A DNA stretch of 64,000 bases, taken from Sphyrna mokarran. Its lineage: Eukaryota. The translations under genes and the position numbers were made by a program. Positions within the stretch are counted from its first letter, which is position 1. Each line of letters opens with the position of its first letter. The stretch covers positions 13,268,001 through 13,332,000 of the forward strand of contig JAGIQG010000032.1 in the NCBI GenBank assembly GCA_024679065.1, in the 5' to 3' direction. Below are positions 39,500-52,537 of this stretch, piece after piece. The notes under the pieces are model-generated. The model was not told the origin of the DNA. It did not search any database and saw nothing but the letters and a program-made list of their open reading frames with translations.

Positions 39500-39928
39500 G
39501 TAAAGATTTGTGTTTATATGCCATCTTCATAACCTCAGCGTAATCAATTTATAATCAATAAACCACTTTAAAAAAACAAATAATCACTATTACAAGGAGG
39601 GAAAGCATTGTAGCCAATTCGTGCATAGCAAGGTTCCAAAAACCAGCAAAGTGATAATGATCAATCTTGATCAGTAATGTTGGGGTTGAGGAATTAAAAT
39701 CAGGCATGACACGACAAGAACTCCGCTGCTATTCTTCAACATAGTGCAATGGAGCCTTTTATGTTCATTCGAGAGGGCAGATGGGGTCCTTATTCAACAT
39801 GTCATCTGAAAGATAGTTAGTACACTGGTGTGCCAGCCAAAATTCTGTGCTATAGTCTCTGGAATTAGACCTGAACCCACAACCTTCTGACTCAGGTGGG
39901 AATATATTTACTGAGCCAAGGCTGGCAT
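39500..39928 (-). mobile_element. Deu-domain SINE (SacSINE1/AmnSINE-like), old
   Basis: rc head tggctcagt...ctgagtcagaaggttgtgggttca; central ctttcagatgacatgttgaataagg...ctgccctctcg; L2-like tail. Family name from recall. Confidence 0.78.
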
Positions 39929-40711
39929 TAAAGGTAAAACATTGTTTGCCAATTACACATAACAACATTCCATAAATGACAGTAAGGTAAATAGGAAGAC
40001 AATCTGTCTCACTGTTGTGGATTGACGAATAAATATTGACTAGGGAGAACTTTCCCTCTCTTTTTCACATAGTAGGTCTCCTAAGAGAGCAGACAAGGTT
40101 TCCTTGGAATTTTGGGGCAGCCATTCCTTGATTCATAATGCACAAAGAATAAAAATGTCCAAAAGTTTCAATGCTGTCAAATGTTAGGCTTTGGAGGTCA
40201 TTGTAATAGAGCTGGTGAGACACAAGAGGCCACGGGCAAAGGAAAAATTGAACTGTTTCCACATCTTCTAGCTTACTACGGGATAAGTTACTTATTTCCT
40301 TTGTTAGCCATGATGCAGACTGCACTGAGACAAACCAATCTCAGAGAAGGGATATCAAATAGATTCTGACCATTATCACAAAGGGTCAAACACCTTTTAT
40401 AAGCATGCATAAAGGATACTTTTTTGTCTTAACAAATACTGGGGATACTTCATTTTGGAAATTTTGGGACCTTTGATGCCAAAGAAACACAAGCTCTACT
40501 GTGTACCCCCAATACTGCAGCTCTTCCTTGGTACTGCACTAAATGCCAGACTAAATTATGTGCTGAAATTCATAGTTAATTATAAACTTATTGGCATGTT
40601 TTGCCCTTAACTCAGCTTTAATTGTCATTCAGTCGATCATCGAACAAGATCCAATTGACTGGCTCATTTAATTTTATCCTTGGTTGTGGATAAAAGTTTT
40701 TCAGATATGAT

Positions 40712-40934
40712 GGGTGGGATTTTCCCAGCCTTTGTCACTGGCAGGATTCTCCTTCCGGTCTTGCCAAAGTTGGCCCAGCTTTAGGGGATCCCTGGTGACA
40801 GGACAGGTGAACCATGCAAATTGCCTCTGACTTTGGCAGGATTGGATGATCCTGCTGGTGGCCAATGGCAAAACCTCTCCACTGCGGGAAACCTGCCCTG
40901 GGGTGGGGGCAGGGGAAGTTGGAAATTTCCAACC
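40712..40934. mobile_element. MITE-like non-autonomous DNA transposon
   Basis: Imperfect 14-bp TIRs gggtgggattttcc ... ggaaatttccaacc; about 220 bp, GC-rich, non-coding. Confidence 0.6.
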
Positions 40935-43109
40935 TAGAGCTTGTACCTACTGGGCTTCTATAGAAACAGTCAATCAAGGTAATATGGGGAGGGATCTGTG
41001 TTTAAAACTACCTGAGTTCATAGTAGATATGCACAATTATCTCTATCAAAATGATGGTCTTTCACCAGTATCTATAATGAGCTCTTTGCCAGCAGAGAAA
41101 CCATTGTGACACAATGATGTAAGTAATATTTCAGATTAGTGAAATTGTGATCCTTTGAACCAATGGCTGCCTGGTTTCGAAAAAGGTGATTAAGATTTGT
41201 CTGTAACTTCATACAATATACAGTTATTCATTATAGTGTTGAGAACATACTCAAAGGACAGAAGTATTGAGTTCAAAAAGAGAAGTTATCCTTTATTTAA
41301 CAAACATTGTAATCATATGCTCTGTTCTAAAACTGGCATACTTGCTGCTCACTCAAATGAAGCAAATATTTGCCTATGGATAAGATTGATTTTACTGGAT
41401 AAGCTAATTGTCAGAATTGTCATATTGAATAAATAGTGGGAACAATAGCAAGAATTCAACTCATAGTTCATTGTGTTTTAATTTAGCCAGTTCTCACAAA
41501 GAGAATGGAATGAAGCAAAAGCGTATATTGGTCTCAAGTTTACTGAACAAAGTGTATGCTTCTGCTGAGAATGCAAAAGGATAGGAACATTTTCTAAAAG
41601 CACTTTAGATAATTGAGCCAATTTTGTGAGGGATTTCTGTAGTATAATTATACTTGACACTATTTATAATGGAGCTGTTATTTAAGGGGTGAAGGTAACT
41701 TAATAATAATATATTATTTTACTTTCCCAAAAACCAATAACTTTCAATGCATTTAATTATTACTTACTGTGTTCACAAGTTTAACACTAATCTTTCAGTA
41801 ACATTTAATACAGAGTAATTTTGTTTGGTGACCGTTCCTTGTACAATAAAGCCAAATACCATCTGTGATCTCAAATTCTAGTTGATATTTATAGTGAATC
41901 TATTCTTGTTTTCTTCAAAGACTCTGAACAGGATAAAACAAATACTGAATATATTTTTCTGGCCATAGATACTAAAATATTGTTCCTGAGGTAATGGAAG
42001 TCAATGTGAATCATTGATGGCCTCTGGTTTCCTTTTATCAATTTTCGAATAAATCAAAATGACCCCACCAAAGCCATACTCCAGTATCCAGTTGCAAATG
42101 CTTTTCTACCAAAGATTCATTAATTATTACATTGGTTATCATTGATATAATTATAAGAATAACCATGGTGCTACATGGAAGGCATCAACATATTGTGTTG
42201 GCAAAGGTACAACTCCATTAGGACCTTAATCTCCAAGCACTCCAGTATCAGATTGGAGGGTACCCCAAAGATGCGCTGGGAGGTAACCCCACTTTGGAAG
42301 TACACAATTGAAGTTTGTATGGAAAATAACCAACAGTGCAAACTTCCCTGGACAACTGGCCTGCACTGGCAACCAAAAATGCAGTTTAATTAAAAAATTT
42401 CAGATGGGTCCGACTGGGTTACACCAGTATTTACCCAGAAAAGGTTAGAATAATTAAAACCACTTCTAACTGCTGGATAACTATTGTACAGGTGCAGATT
42501 GACCCCTTCCCCCCTTCCCCTCCAAGATCTCTCCCTATCCCACAACCCTCCAGGGAGCACCCACCAACCCCTGACCACCCCTTCCCTCCCTACAGGACTC
42601 TGGACAACACCCACGGGAGTCTCCCACTCTTTGATTCACACTTCCATGCTTTTCCCAATCTCACATGGACAACTCCATCTCTCATCCTGGAGGCCCAACA
42701 ACCTCTCCTATCTGGCAGCCTGAGACCTCCCCCCCCCCCCCGCCCCCCCCCCCGACCCCTGGTGCAGATTTGATGGGCTGAATGTCCTCCTTCTGCAGTG
42801 TAAGGATTCTATAATTCTGTTACCTTGATGTTGACCCTGGCTTACCTGACCTAAGTTGTGAAAAAGATGTGCAAGTAAATTGAGCATGAAGTGGCTAATT
42901 TCAACTTCAAAGAAATTCAGGCCCCATAACCTTCAGAATTGAATGTTTTCCATTGTGAACATTAGCTTAATAAATTGTCAGAACAGTTTAGTTTCAAAGT
43001 ATAGTTTTAATTACAGTTCATGTAGTCACCAAGTTAAGGGAAGCAAGAATTAAATAACTTTTTCACATCTATTATCATCATTTCCAGGTTAAATATTCAA
43101 ATGGTCTTT

Positions 43110-43360
43110 TTAATATCAGCATCAACAGCTGAAAAAATACTCCATAGCCCTTCATAAAGATGTAATTAAAGAAGTAATCACCTAGCCAACAAAAGAGATA
43201 TTCGGAGGAATGGCCTATAGCCTGATCAGAAAGATGGGTTTTAAAAAGGGCCCAAAGGAAAGGGAGAGGGCTGAGAGAAGCCTGAGCAGGGAATTGAAGA
43301 ATAAAGAGCCTAGACATTTGAATCCATGGCTGATAAATGGGTAGTCAAAGAGTGATGGGA
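43110..43360 (-). mobile_element. L2-type LINE 3' end fragment
   Basis: rc ORF LFKTHLSDQAIGH resembles the L2 C-terminal LKT.LFDQAFG motif. Confidence 0.65.
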
Positions 43361-44439
43361 ATACTTGATTTTCATCACAACATCACTTCAAACAGAAGTA
43401 GCCTTGTAATGTAATAGAGTTCCTTGTGCTTTGGAATATATCCACTTGTACTGCAGGACAGATTCCAAATCACTAGCAATGCATAACTATGTAGGTAGAT
43501 AGATCTGGAATTCTCATTCTTGTCAGTGCTCACAATTATTATAGAAACTTTAGAAATCAAATTTTGGCATTGGCACATGTGAGTTTACATGTAGAAATCT
43601 GAAAGTTCTGTCACAACGACCTGACAGTTTAATTCCTTCAAGATCCTCTCTGATGGTCTCAATAGTGAATTCAATGCAATGATATGAAATTTCAGCATTC
43701 ACCCACTAAACACCAAAAAAAGAGCACGATAATTACTGCTGAACAACCCTTCTGGCCTTGAATTATTTTACAAGTGCGGAGTTTCAATCATTCTGAATTT
43801 AATTAATTCTGGAGATTAATAATATTTTTCTTACTTTTGCTGCCTGTCTTTTTCTATCTCTCCCTCTCAATCTCCATCTCTCTTTTGCATTATGATGATG
43901 ATTTTGGACTGCATTAAATTCAATTTATGTTCCATAGTTTAGACTCTTGAGCTCTTCAAGAGTTTTTGAACCAGGTAGGTTGGAGAGTTGAACTTTTCTG
44001 TAGCCCACAGTTATCAAATATCCATAGAGATGGTACTATGCTGGGAATTTTGAAATAACGCAAGTTGTTGATCCAAAGATTGACAACTGTTTGCAGATAG
44101 CCATCAGTATGATGAAGGACGTGGTCTTCATTCACTACACACTGGAAAATCTTGGTTTGGTTTTATGAATGTTTCTACGTGGGAAAGATCTAATCAGGCC
44201 AACAGTGAACTGCCCATGTGTTTTAAACAATGTTGGTAACAGTGTTATCATTTTCTCATGATATCAGGAAATTGGTAATTCTTCAGTGGTTTTCGGTTCC
44301 ACCTGAAGCAGTAATGTTACTAAATTAATACTATGCATTGTCACTGAAGCCATTGCAATCATATAATAAAAATGGACCATATTAAAAATGCAAACCTTCA
44401 CCAAACTACTCCTTTTTTTTAGTGTAACAAGTAGTTGAT

Positions 44440-45172
44440 TGTTCATTCATCATCATCGATGAGGACCTCGAGACCATTAGTCATTCTGAGGATGGATGCA
44501 GTATGTCCAAAGATGACTGATCAGGCCAATTCAGGCACAGAATATCCTGACACATATTAGACAGACTTGTGTCGGCACTGTAGTTGTTGCACTGGTGGCT
44601 CAGGACTTGCACAGCACGCGCTTAAGTTGTACTTCAGCAATATACCTTGCTTCGTAAGCTTGACAGCCTTTATGGATGAAGCAGCATCAGCTGGGGCATT
44701 TTTGATGCCAGCGTTTCCCAGGTGGTCGTGCCTATGTCAAGTGACTTTAGGGAGGCCTTGAGTGTGTCTTTGAAATGTTTCTTCTGCTCTCCGTGCGAGT
44801 ATCTTCCAGCAACGAGTTCCCCAAAAAGGAGCTGCTTGGGTATGCACTCATCTGGCATACAGATGACATGACTTGGATAACATGACTCAGGTTGGCGCAC
44901 TCATCAGCAGTGTGCAAACTGATGATAGACTTCCTCTAGAGAGAACTTTTGGTACTTTGTCTTGCCATCTGATGCCTAATATTCTGCGAAGACAAGAATG
45001 TGGAAACGATTCAGTTGTCTTGCGTGCCTTCGATACAGTCCACCTTTCACAGGCATACAGCAGGGTAGTGAGTACCACGGTGCTGTAGACTTTGTTTTGT
45101 TGCTGGGCTGATTCCGTGTCGCTCCCACACAGTGGAGCACAGTCTACCGAAAGCAGAACTTGTCTTCGCTAT
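44440..45172 (-). mobile_element. RTE-clade LINE 3' portion
   Basis: VLTTLLYACERWTV...CLRRILGIRWQDKVP; MPDECIPKQLLFGEL...G.QKKHFKDTLKASLK; (gat)n-type tail. Confidence 0.92.
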
Positions 45173-45889
45173 TCTGCAGTTTTATACAGATTTCCTGTAT
45201 AACTGCTTCCCAGCAAAGTCTTCAACAAAAGGGAATACAATAAAATAAGCTCTACCCTTTTTATAACCAGCCATTTCTTTTCACTCATCAACATATTCCA
45301 AATTATCAAAGAATTCGGTTGATTCCCAGGAATGAAATTTGACCTCTCCAAAGTGGATGAATCTGCATCTGCATAGAAATTTCACATGGCCAGGATTCTG
45401 ATAAAGAAGTGATCTAATACACTGCTCCCTTCTGACCGGGACCCATCCAGGTTCAGCCAGGGGCAAGTCAAATAAAAATGTGTTCTTCCATTACCTATTT
45501 CAAATGTATCTAAGGTCCCAATTCAGCAATCCCCACGTTCTTGACAAGCACCTCAGATTTCTACAGGCAGCCTAGAAGCTAGGAATGCATCTCAGATGCA
45601 TGCAGCATCTGAAAGCCCAATCTTCCCAATCTCAATCTTCCCAATCCCAATCCAATATTGGGAAGCTTTATTCTGATGAGATTCTAGTCTCTGCCCTCAC
45701 TATTTGGCTGATATTTTACTACAGATCATCCCAGTGAATTCCTTTGCACAGACTGTCCTTTGATTGCGTTTCATACAATGGAACATAAATATATAATTAA
45801 CTCAGTGCAACACCTCATGTTGAAATCCTTTGAAATCACCATTTGAATCACTGAAGAATTCCCAACTGTAAGGTAACACAATTGTATTA

Positions 45890-46890
45890 ATCTTTTTGTT
45901 TTCTTCTTTATCATCATCATTTTCACAAGTGGTCGTCCTCGCAATGTCGAGTGCGTCTGATAGTCTACATTTTAGAAATTAATTTTGGCAATATTGGAAT
46001 TGATTTCCTTGCACTCATCTATAACTTGTTGGCACAGTGTTGCTACTGAGGCTGCTCACGTATTTCTAACCTTAATCGAATGTTTTTTTCACCTTCCAAT
46101 ATCTAATTGTTCCATGTCATTTGGATACTGTCCTTGTGAGACTTATTTTGTATCCATCCAAGGACTGAATGATATTCAGAAGACTGTGAGGAATAGTTTG
46201 ATATTGTTTGATCTCACATCACTGACTGTACCTTTGATAAGTTTGGTTTTGAACATGAGCCAGACAAGCAAACTTTATTCTTTGTGTTGTTTCCTTGGCC
46301 TCAATTTGCAGAGTTATTTGATTCATTTCATGTGACCACTTTCACTGACCAGCCTTTCTTGTGAACGTTGATGGCGACACCTTTCTGAAATATTTCTTTG
46401 AAATAAATTTTTCATTTGAATCTCATCAATAGCTTTAATTGGATGGCATGCACAGTATGAGGTGGAACCACATGAACACCATCTTCTCGTTTACAAAGGC
46501 AGTTTCTTCACCATTCCTGGTAATGGTCTTGTTTGCTGGCGTGTTGGATATCATCCATGTTTTATATATAATTCTAACACTAGCCAATTGATACATATTT
46601 TTCTCTTGATGATAATGACGAATTGGTAAGATTTAGTGAGTTTATCATCAAGTTCACCTGGTGAACGTTGTGAAACTTTGGTTTTCTGATAGCATGCTAA
46701 ATCATGCCTTTTCAGGAAGCTTGCGAATAACATAACAATGGCCTTGCATGCTGGAATTTCATCCTCCTTCACTTCTCAGAGTTTGAAGTGGGTTGGCTCT
46801 GTGGGTGATAATACCATTTTGCTAATGGTCGTTATCCCATTCATTCCACTTTTTTATCCGATTTATGTTCAACTATGTAGTAGTTATTCT
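45890..46890 (-). pseudogene. pogo-family (POGK-like) DNA transposase fossil: HTH-CENPB plus DDE_1
   Basis: Manual minus-strand translation: W.NDH.QNGII; FLKRHDL..QKTKVSQRSP.ELDDKL; NMDD; PANKTI..NGE; GVAINVHKKGW; SLLVW.MF; IP.SL..IIQSLD; KC.LSDALD..EDD, all in pogo order with stops and frameshifts. Confidence 0.85.
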
Positions 46891-47635
46891 TTCTCAAAAG
46901 CATCATGATTGATCATTTGTAACACATGACATTTGTCAATTAGCTGGGAGATGGCTGCTAAAATTATCAAAGGAAAAATCTAAAGGTTCCTATGCAGGCC
47001 TTTAAACTAATGAACCATAGTTATGACTGGTAAGTAATTAATAATTGCAACATGTTTTGAAGCCTAACGAACTAGTGTAATGAAGCCATAGAGTCATAAA
47101 TTGTACTTTATAAAAATGACTGAATTTACTGACTGGAAATTACTAATTGAATTTTTAAAAAGTCTAAAGTTAATTCCAGTAACCCGAGATCACCATCAAA
47201 GATGGCTGAACATTTGCATCACTGTCCCTTCTATATTCCAATGTGATTGAAATCTGCTTCCAAAACCTCACCAGTAACGATTGCCTTGAAGGATTATGAA
47301 TGGAGGTCATCTCCTACAACAATCACCAAACATCCAGACAGTCAGTTGGATGCACAACTGGGTGGAGACAAACCATTAGATGTAATCTCATCATGTTAAG
47401 CAGACATCTCGACTCCACTAGTCATAAGCATATTTGGGATACTAGGCAGTTGGAGAGATGGTCATGTGACAAACCAGCTAACCTTTGTGGGTTTAAGCAC
47501 TTGTTTTCTCTCCAGACCAGGACATATAAATGAGATGCTGAAGAAGCAAGACACTGATGGGCTTCCTTTACTCTTTCTCCATTCAAATTGCAACTTTTGA
47601 TCAGTATGTCTGTTAAGCTTAGTTATCCACATGTT

Positions 47636-47740
47636 GTAGAATCATACAATCTGTATAGTGCAGAAGGAGACTATTCATCCCAACGAGTCTGCACCAACCA
47701 CAATCCCTCCCAGGCTCTATATCCATAACCTTGCATATTG
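47636..47740 (-). mobile_element. HE1 SINE 3' fragment
   Basis: tagaatcatacaatctgtatagtgcagaaggagactattc...gagtctgcaccaaccacaatccc. Confidence 0.75.
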
Positions 47741-49269
47741 CAGTCAAAGATCTTTTTAAAGAACTCAACACAGCAGCTATTATCTCCAGAAAAATAGATT
47801 ATTTACCCATCAACTTCTTTAAACTGCCTCCACGCCAAACCCCAAGGACCATGAAATTCAATGTGAAGCCGGCTAAGTCACCAACTTTCAAGAGCTACAT
47901 ATTCTTTCACATTACTGGACTTTAAATGATTGACTCTATCCTCCCACTCTGTAATCTATTTGAATGTGTATGAAAATGTGTGCATTTTTATGACTTTTCT
48001 TGGCCTCAGCTAAATACAAGAAATACTATTTTCTTCTTTAAATAAACTCAAAGAAACATGATTGTAGTTTTCACAACACATGAACAGTTAAAGACTTGCT
48101 GAACTGTATGCTTTAAAGAAAACTTGTTGCTGTCAAATGAGTATGGAAAGGAGAAGCCAGTCCATGTCCTTAAACTGATTGTAACACTATGCTCAACTTT
48201 TGTACAAAGTTTATGATAAATTGTGTTATTTAAACTAAATGTTATGGGTGGACTTGAACATGAGATCGACTTTTACATAAGTATATATGATAATAACAAG
48301 TAGTGCTCACTACAGTGGTCTTAAGATTGCTTTTGTTAGACATTTGAAGTATAATTGGCATTTTTCCTTACCTGTTCCATGGGAAACATTCAAATAATTG
48401 TCAGAGATGACAACTTCATTCCCAGTCACAATCAACTTCTCAATTAAGGGTGTATGAAACCTTTCAACATCCAAGGGATAATGCTGTCTCATCCAGCAAG
48501 ACCTAGTCCACATTTCCTCAAGATCAAACATCCACTAAAAGCTCCCAAAAGGAACTGAAAACCAACCCTTGAAGCCATACCACCATACTTAGAACCCCCA
48601 CCTGTTACATCTCTCCTCTCTGTATGAATATTTCTGGATCGAATTGGAAGGAAACTGGAATATCCTTTTGCTTAGATTAAAACCTTCAGTAAAATATTAC
48701 CAAAGCAAAGTCTGTTTTTGTTTAAAACAGAATTTTAAAGCTTCCAGAACATTGTTATCATCTGACATTTCTTTATTCCTCAGGACTTGGTTTCTGTTAC
48801 TTTGATTTCTTTTTATTACTCTTTTAGGTCTAACCCACATGCTTTGAATCTGAAAACATTACAGTATTTTGCAATAGAGGAAAACTGAAGCGATAGCAAT
48901 GTATTAAACTCTCCCCCCCACCACGCTCCCCCCCCCAACACAAGCACACACACAAAATGTCTTGTGAAATGAATTGTTTAAGTTGGTTTTATATTCTTAG
49001 TATTGCAGTTACAATCCAATTTTTGAGATATATATTTGTAATACTAACTCAATAGTTTTCTGTATTGACATACATGTTATTAGAATTGGTACTTCCCTTA
49101 ATTTTGAGTTGATTGTTTGGTAGCTTTAATGATAAATACTGAAAATTAAAGGCTGACTTTTAAAATAAACATTAATTTTCTTTGCTCTGTACATTATGGT
49201 GTGAGGACATATATCATCATAGATTTTTGAACAAATCTCAGAACAGTTTCAATGATAAATCATAGAGCG

Positions 49270-49597
49270 TCACAGTAGCACAGTGGTTAGCACTGCTGCT
49301 TCATAGCTCCAGAGGCCTGGGTTCAAATCCCAGCTCAGGTCATTGTGTGGAGTTTGCACATTCTCCCTGTGTCTGCATGGATTTCCTCCAGGTGCTCCGG
49401 TTTTCTCCCACAGTTGAAAGATGCGTGGGTTAGGTTGATTGGCTATTCTAAATTGCTCCTTAGTACCCTGGGATGCATAGATTAGAGGGGTTAGTAGGTA
49501 AATGCATAAGGATATGGGGACAGGATCTGGGTGGGATTGTGGTGGTGCAGATTCTATGGGCCAAATGGCCTCTTTCTGCACTGTAGGGTTTTATGAT
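49270..49597 (+). mobile_element. Full-length HE1/V-SINE
   Basis: A-box tagcacagtgg, B-box ggttcaaatcc, V-domain, CR1-type tail. Confidence 0.93.
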
Positions 49598-49617
49598 AGA
49601 ATTCATATCATCCCTCT

Positions 49618-49820
49618 GGCCCATGCATTTAGCATGGCCAATCCATCTAACCTGCATATCTTTGCAGAGTGGGAGGTAACTGGAGCACCAGATTAAACAC
49701 ATACAGACACTGGGAGAACGTGCAAACTCCACACAGACAGTGACCCAAGCCAGGAAACAAACCTCAGTCCCTGGTGCTGTGAGGCAGCAGTGCTAACCAC
49801 TGTGCCAACATGTTGCCCCC
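49618..49820 (-). mobile_element. HE1/V-SINE (3'-truncated), tail-to-tail with the preceding copy
   Basis: rc tggcacagtggttagcactgctgcctcacagcaccaggg...gtgtggagtttgcacgttctccc. Confidence 0.92.
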
Positions 49821-50202
49821 AAATGATTTCTCCCATTTTTATTTTTTGGACTTTGTCAGCATGCCCCACACTTCAAAAATAAATAAAACAGAACTCAATT
49901 TAATTTGTTTTCAATTTTTGCCAAGTGCCCAATGCCAGAGTTGACCTGAAAAAATGGTAACAGGCATTTCCCATGAATTTCTTGTGGTGATGGTGCTCGG
50001 ACAAACTATTAGGGAAGGAATGCCAAGATATTCGCTCAGGAAACGTGATGTATTTCCAAAGCAGGCTGAACATTACTGAACAAAAATAGAAAATGCTGAA
50101 AAAGTAAAAGAAACAGTTAATATTAGTGTCCAATGTGACTTTTCTTTGGAACTACAAACACAGTAACACATAGTGGAGCCTTATATATATAATGAAGAGG
50201 AA

Positions 50203-50600
50203 ATAAAGAAAGATTAACATTAATATAGCACTTTTCATGAACTTAGAATCTCCCAAATCAATTTCCAATGAATGAAATTCTTTTGAAGTGTGACATTTGA
50301 AATGTAAGAACTACGATTTTTTATGTACAGTAAGATCCCATAGACAGCAGCAAGATAATTGACTAAATATTCTGTTTTGGAGATGTTGATAGACATTGAG
50401 AAAACCCATCTGTTGTTCTTTGAATAATATTCTGGAATCTTTTACCTCTGTGTGAGTGGTAGATGAGGCCTTGTTTAATATCTTACCTGAAAGGCCACAT
50501 GAAAATATCAGCCTGAATTATATGCTCAAGTCACTTGAGTAGGGCTTAACCCTACTCACTATCTTTTGACTCCGAGGTGAGTTCTGCCATTGAACCAAAT
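50203..50600 (-). mobile_element. Deu-domain SINE, old
   Basis: Collinear with 39500-39928 (atatagcactttt, cttttgaagtgtg, cagtaagatccca, gtttaatatctta, tgctcaagtc). Confidence 0.72.
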
Positions 50601-50639
50601 CTGACAGCTTACAAGGTGAGCCACTCCTCTGGGTATCCA

Positions 50640-51160
50640 TCCTTTGAGCTTATAACTACAGTATTGATGACTGGTTCAGTTAAGCTTTTAGTCAACAGTG
50701 ATCCACATGATAATGGCATTGAAGGATGGGGGAAGGTGTCTGGGCATTTTTTTTACTCAAGAAGCCAGAAATGCCAAATAATGTGACATGAATGTTATCT
50801 GCCATTTTATAAGCCCAGGGCTGGATATTGTTTAGTTTCAATTGAAATCAGAGGAGGCAATAATGCAGCCAGAAGCGTCAGTGAGAATAGATCATCTTCA
50901 ATCCTTATGATGGGGAAACAGCATGGATGAAGCAGCCAAAGATGTTTGATCTAAGTTCACCTCCCTATGGAACTCCACCAGTTCAGTTGTGTGGTTGGGA
51001 TCTGACACAACAGATGTGCCAGATACAACTCCAGTCATTGGACCATACTCACTTTGACTTGGTTTTCCCTCAGTATTGCTCAGGCCCTTTGCTGTCCTAT
51101 TTAGCTGAATGCTGCCTTGACGTCAAGAACAGATTATTAACCTCTCTGGCTTGATGGTGA
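50640..51160 (-). mobile_element. RT-core fragment of the same LINE family as 785-1515
   Basis: rc ggagttccatagggaggtgaacttagatcaaacatctttggctgcttcatccatg reads GVP.G..L...IFGCFI. Confidence 0.65.
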
Positions 51161-51195
51161 TCACAGTGTGAGATTCATCTCAGCAATGAAGTTAC

Positions 51196-51640
51196 ACAAA
51201 GAACAAGAACAAAGAACAACACAGCACGGGAAACAGGCCCTTCGGCCCAACGAGCCCGCGCCGCCATCCTAACATCTTAATGACGTATAGAGACCAATAT
51301 AGGGACAATTTGTTACCCAATCAGCCTAAGAGCACATTTTTGGGATGTGGGAGGAAACCGGAGCACCCGGAGAAAACCCATGCAACCATGGGGAGAACGC
51401 GCAAACTCCCGCAGACACAGGCCCAAATCCATGTGTCTGCACAGTGACAGCGATAGTCTCTGAGCTGTCATGTTGCCCATCTGATGGTCCAGTTTAAGCA
51501 TACACTAACGACATGAAGCACAAGGCCACTCCTGAAGTAACATCCAGGAGCAGCCCTCGCACGACCTGCCGAATGCATGCACCTTGTTGGTCAACAAGGT
51601 GGACCGAACAGCCTGTGGAAACAATACACGACCTAGAGTT
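51196..51640 (-). mobile_element. Young V-SINE variant with CR1 tail and atypical hairpin-rich 5' region
   Basis: V-domain with CpGs retained (ggagtttgcgcgttctcccc...ccgggtgctccggtttcctcccaca); tail ttgggccgaagggcctgtttcccgtgctgt plus (tgttct)n-type repeats; no B-box in the head; 5' boundary uncertain. Confidence 0.8.
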
Positions 51641-51744
51641 TTAAGTTGCTAAATCAATCCTTAGTTTGACCCGTTTAGCACAATCACAATGCGTGATGGA
51701 AAGTGTCAGCACTGTGGCGATGTGACTTCAGAGGATTGTTCAGT

Positions 51745-51826
51745 ACCAAAACCAGAAAATGCTGAAAAATCTCAGTAGGTCTGACAACAGATCCAACATT
51801 TTGTGTCTGGGTGACCTTTCATCAGA
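51745..51826 (-). mobile_element. Penelope-like terminal-repeat fragment with decayed hammerhead core
   Basis: rc CTGATGAaaggtc-accca-gacac-AAAA...cagacctactgagatttttcagcattttctgg. Confidence 0.7.
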
Positions 51827-51949
51827 TCGGATTGTACAGTTGTCATTTCTGACCTATGTTCTCAAGGGTGAACAAGCCTGCAAGAGATAGATTGATGAGG
51901 ATAGTGGATGATTTTCTAGAGTTTATACAATTTGACATCACCCCAGTCA

Positions 51950-52090
51950 ACAATGATACTTATAGCACAATTAGTGTAGTAAGAACACCTAAACACACCT
52001 CACAGGAGCAGTATCAGGCAAAATGTAATGCTGAACCATGTAGAGATATTGGAACAGATGACCAAAAAATTGGTCACAGAGTTAAGGACT
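51950..52090 (-). mobile_element. L2-type LINE 3' end fragment
   Basis: ttatagcac...tcacaggagc...gagatattggaacagatgaccaaaaaattggtca. Confidence 0.65.
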
Positions 52091-52537
52091 GACAATGGAG
52101 TGAAGAGAAGTAGAGACAATTATGTCCTTCTGGATTTAGCTAGTAATAACGCCAACAAATCTGTCTTGGCATTGAACATTGACATACTAGGCTGTATCTC
52201 TTACCATTATGTTTCCCTCAGATTTCTTTTCTCTAAGTTACAATTAATGTGGAAGAGTACCAATGCATGGTGGTAGTGACATTTTGGTGGCACTTGGGAT
52301 ATCAATTTGTGGTTTATACTAAGAGGAGATTTATTTGACCATATTTAAGCTGGAATAAGGAGATATCATGGGTTGTTTATAAATATTGTTTATGCCCATG
52401 GATTAGCATGAGATTGCTATTTTGTAATAGTAGAAAAAAATAAGTAACATGTCAGAACAGTTAAAGCTGTATAAATGCAGTGCAATTACATTTTTGCATA
52501 TAGAGAATAATAGTCTCAGCTGAAATAATAAAGTTAA

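Noticed and set aside
42728-42760. Poly-C run (G-quadruplex-like on the minus strand); also short tandem repeats near 45620 and 61485
   Set aside because: Low-complexity sequence within or next to decayed repeats; no evidence of function.
47200-48250. Possible solo LTR (also 32060-33060 and 57760-58600)
   Set aside because: Composition is suggestive, but I could not define TG...CA ends, a TSD or a partner copy.
49270-49345. tRNA genes
   Set aside because: All A/B-box sequences are SINE heads fused to SINE bodies, and none forms a full cloverleaf.
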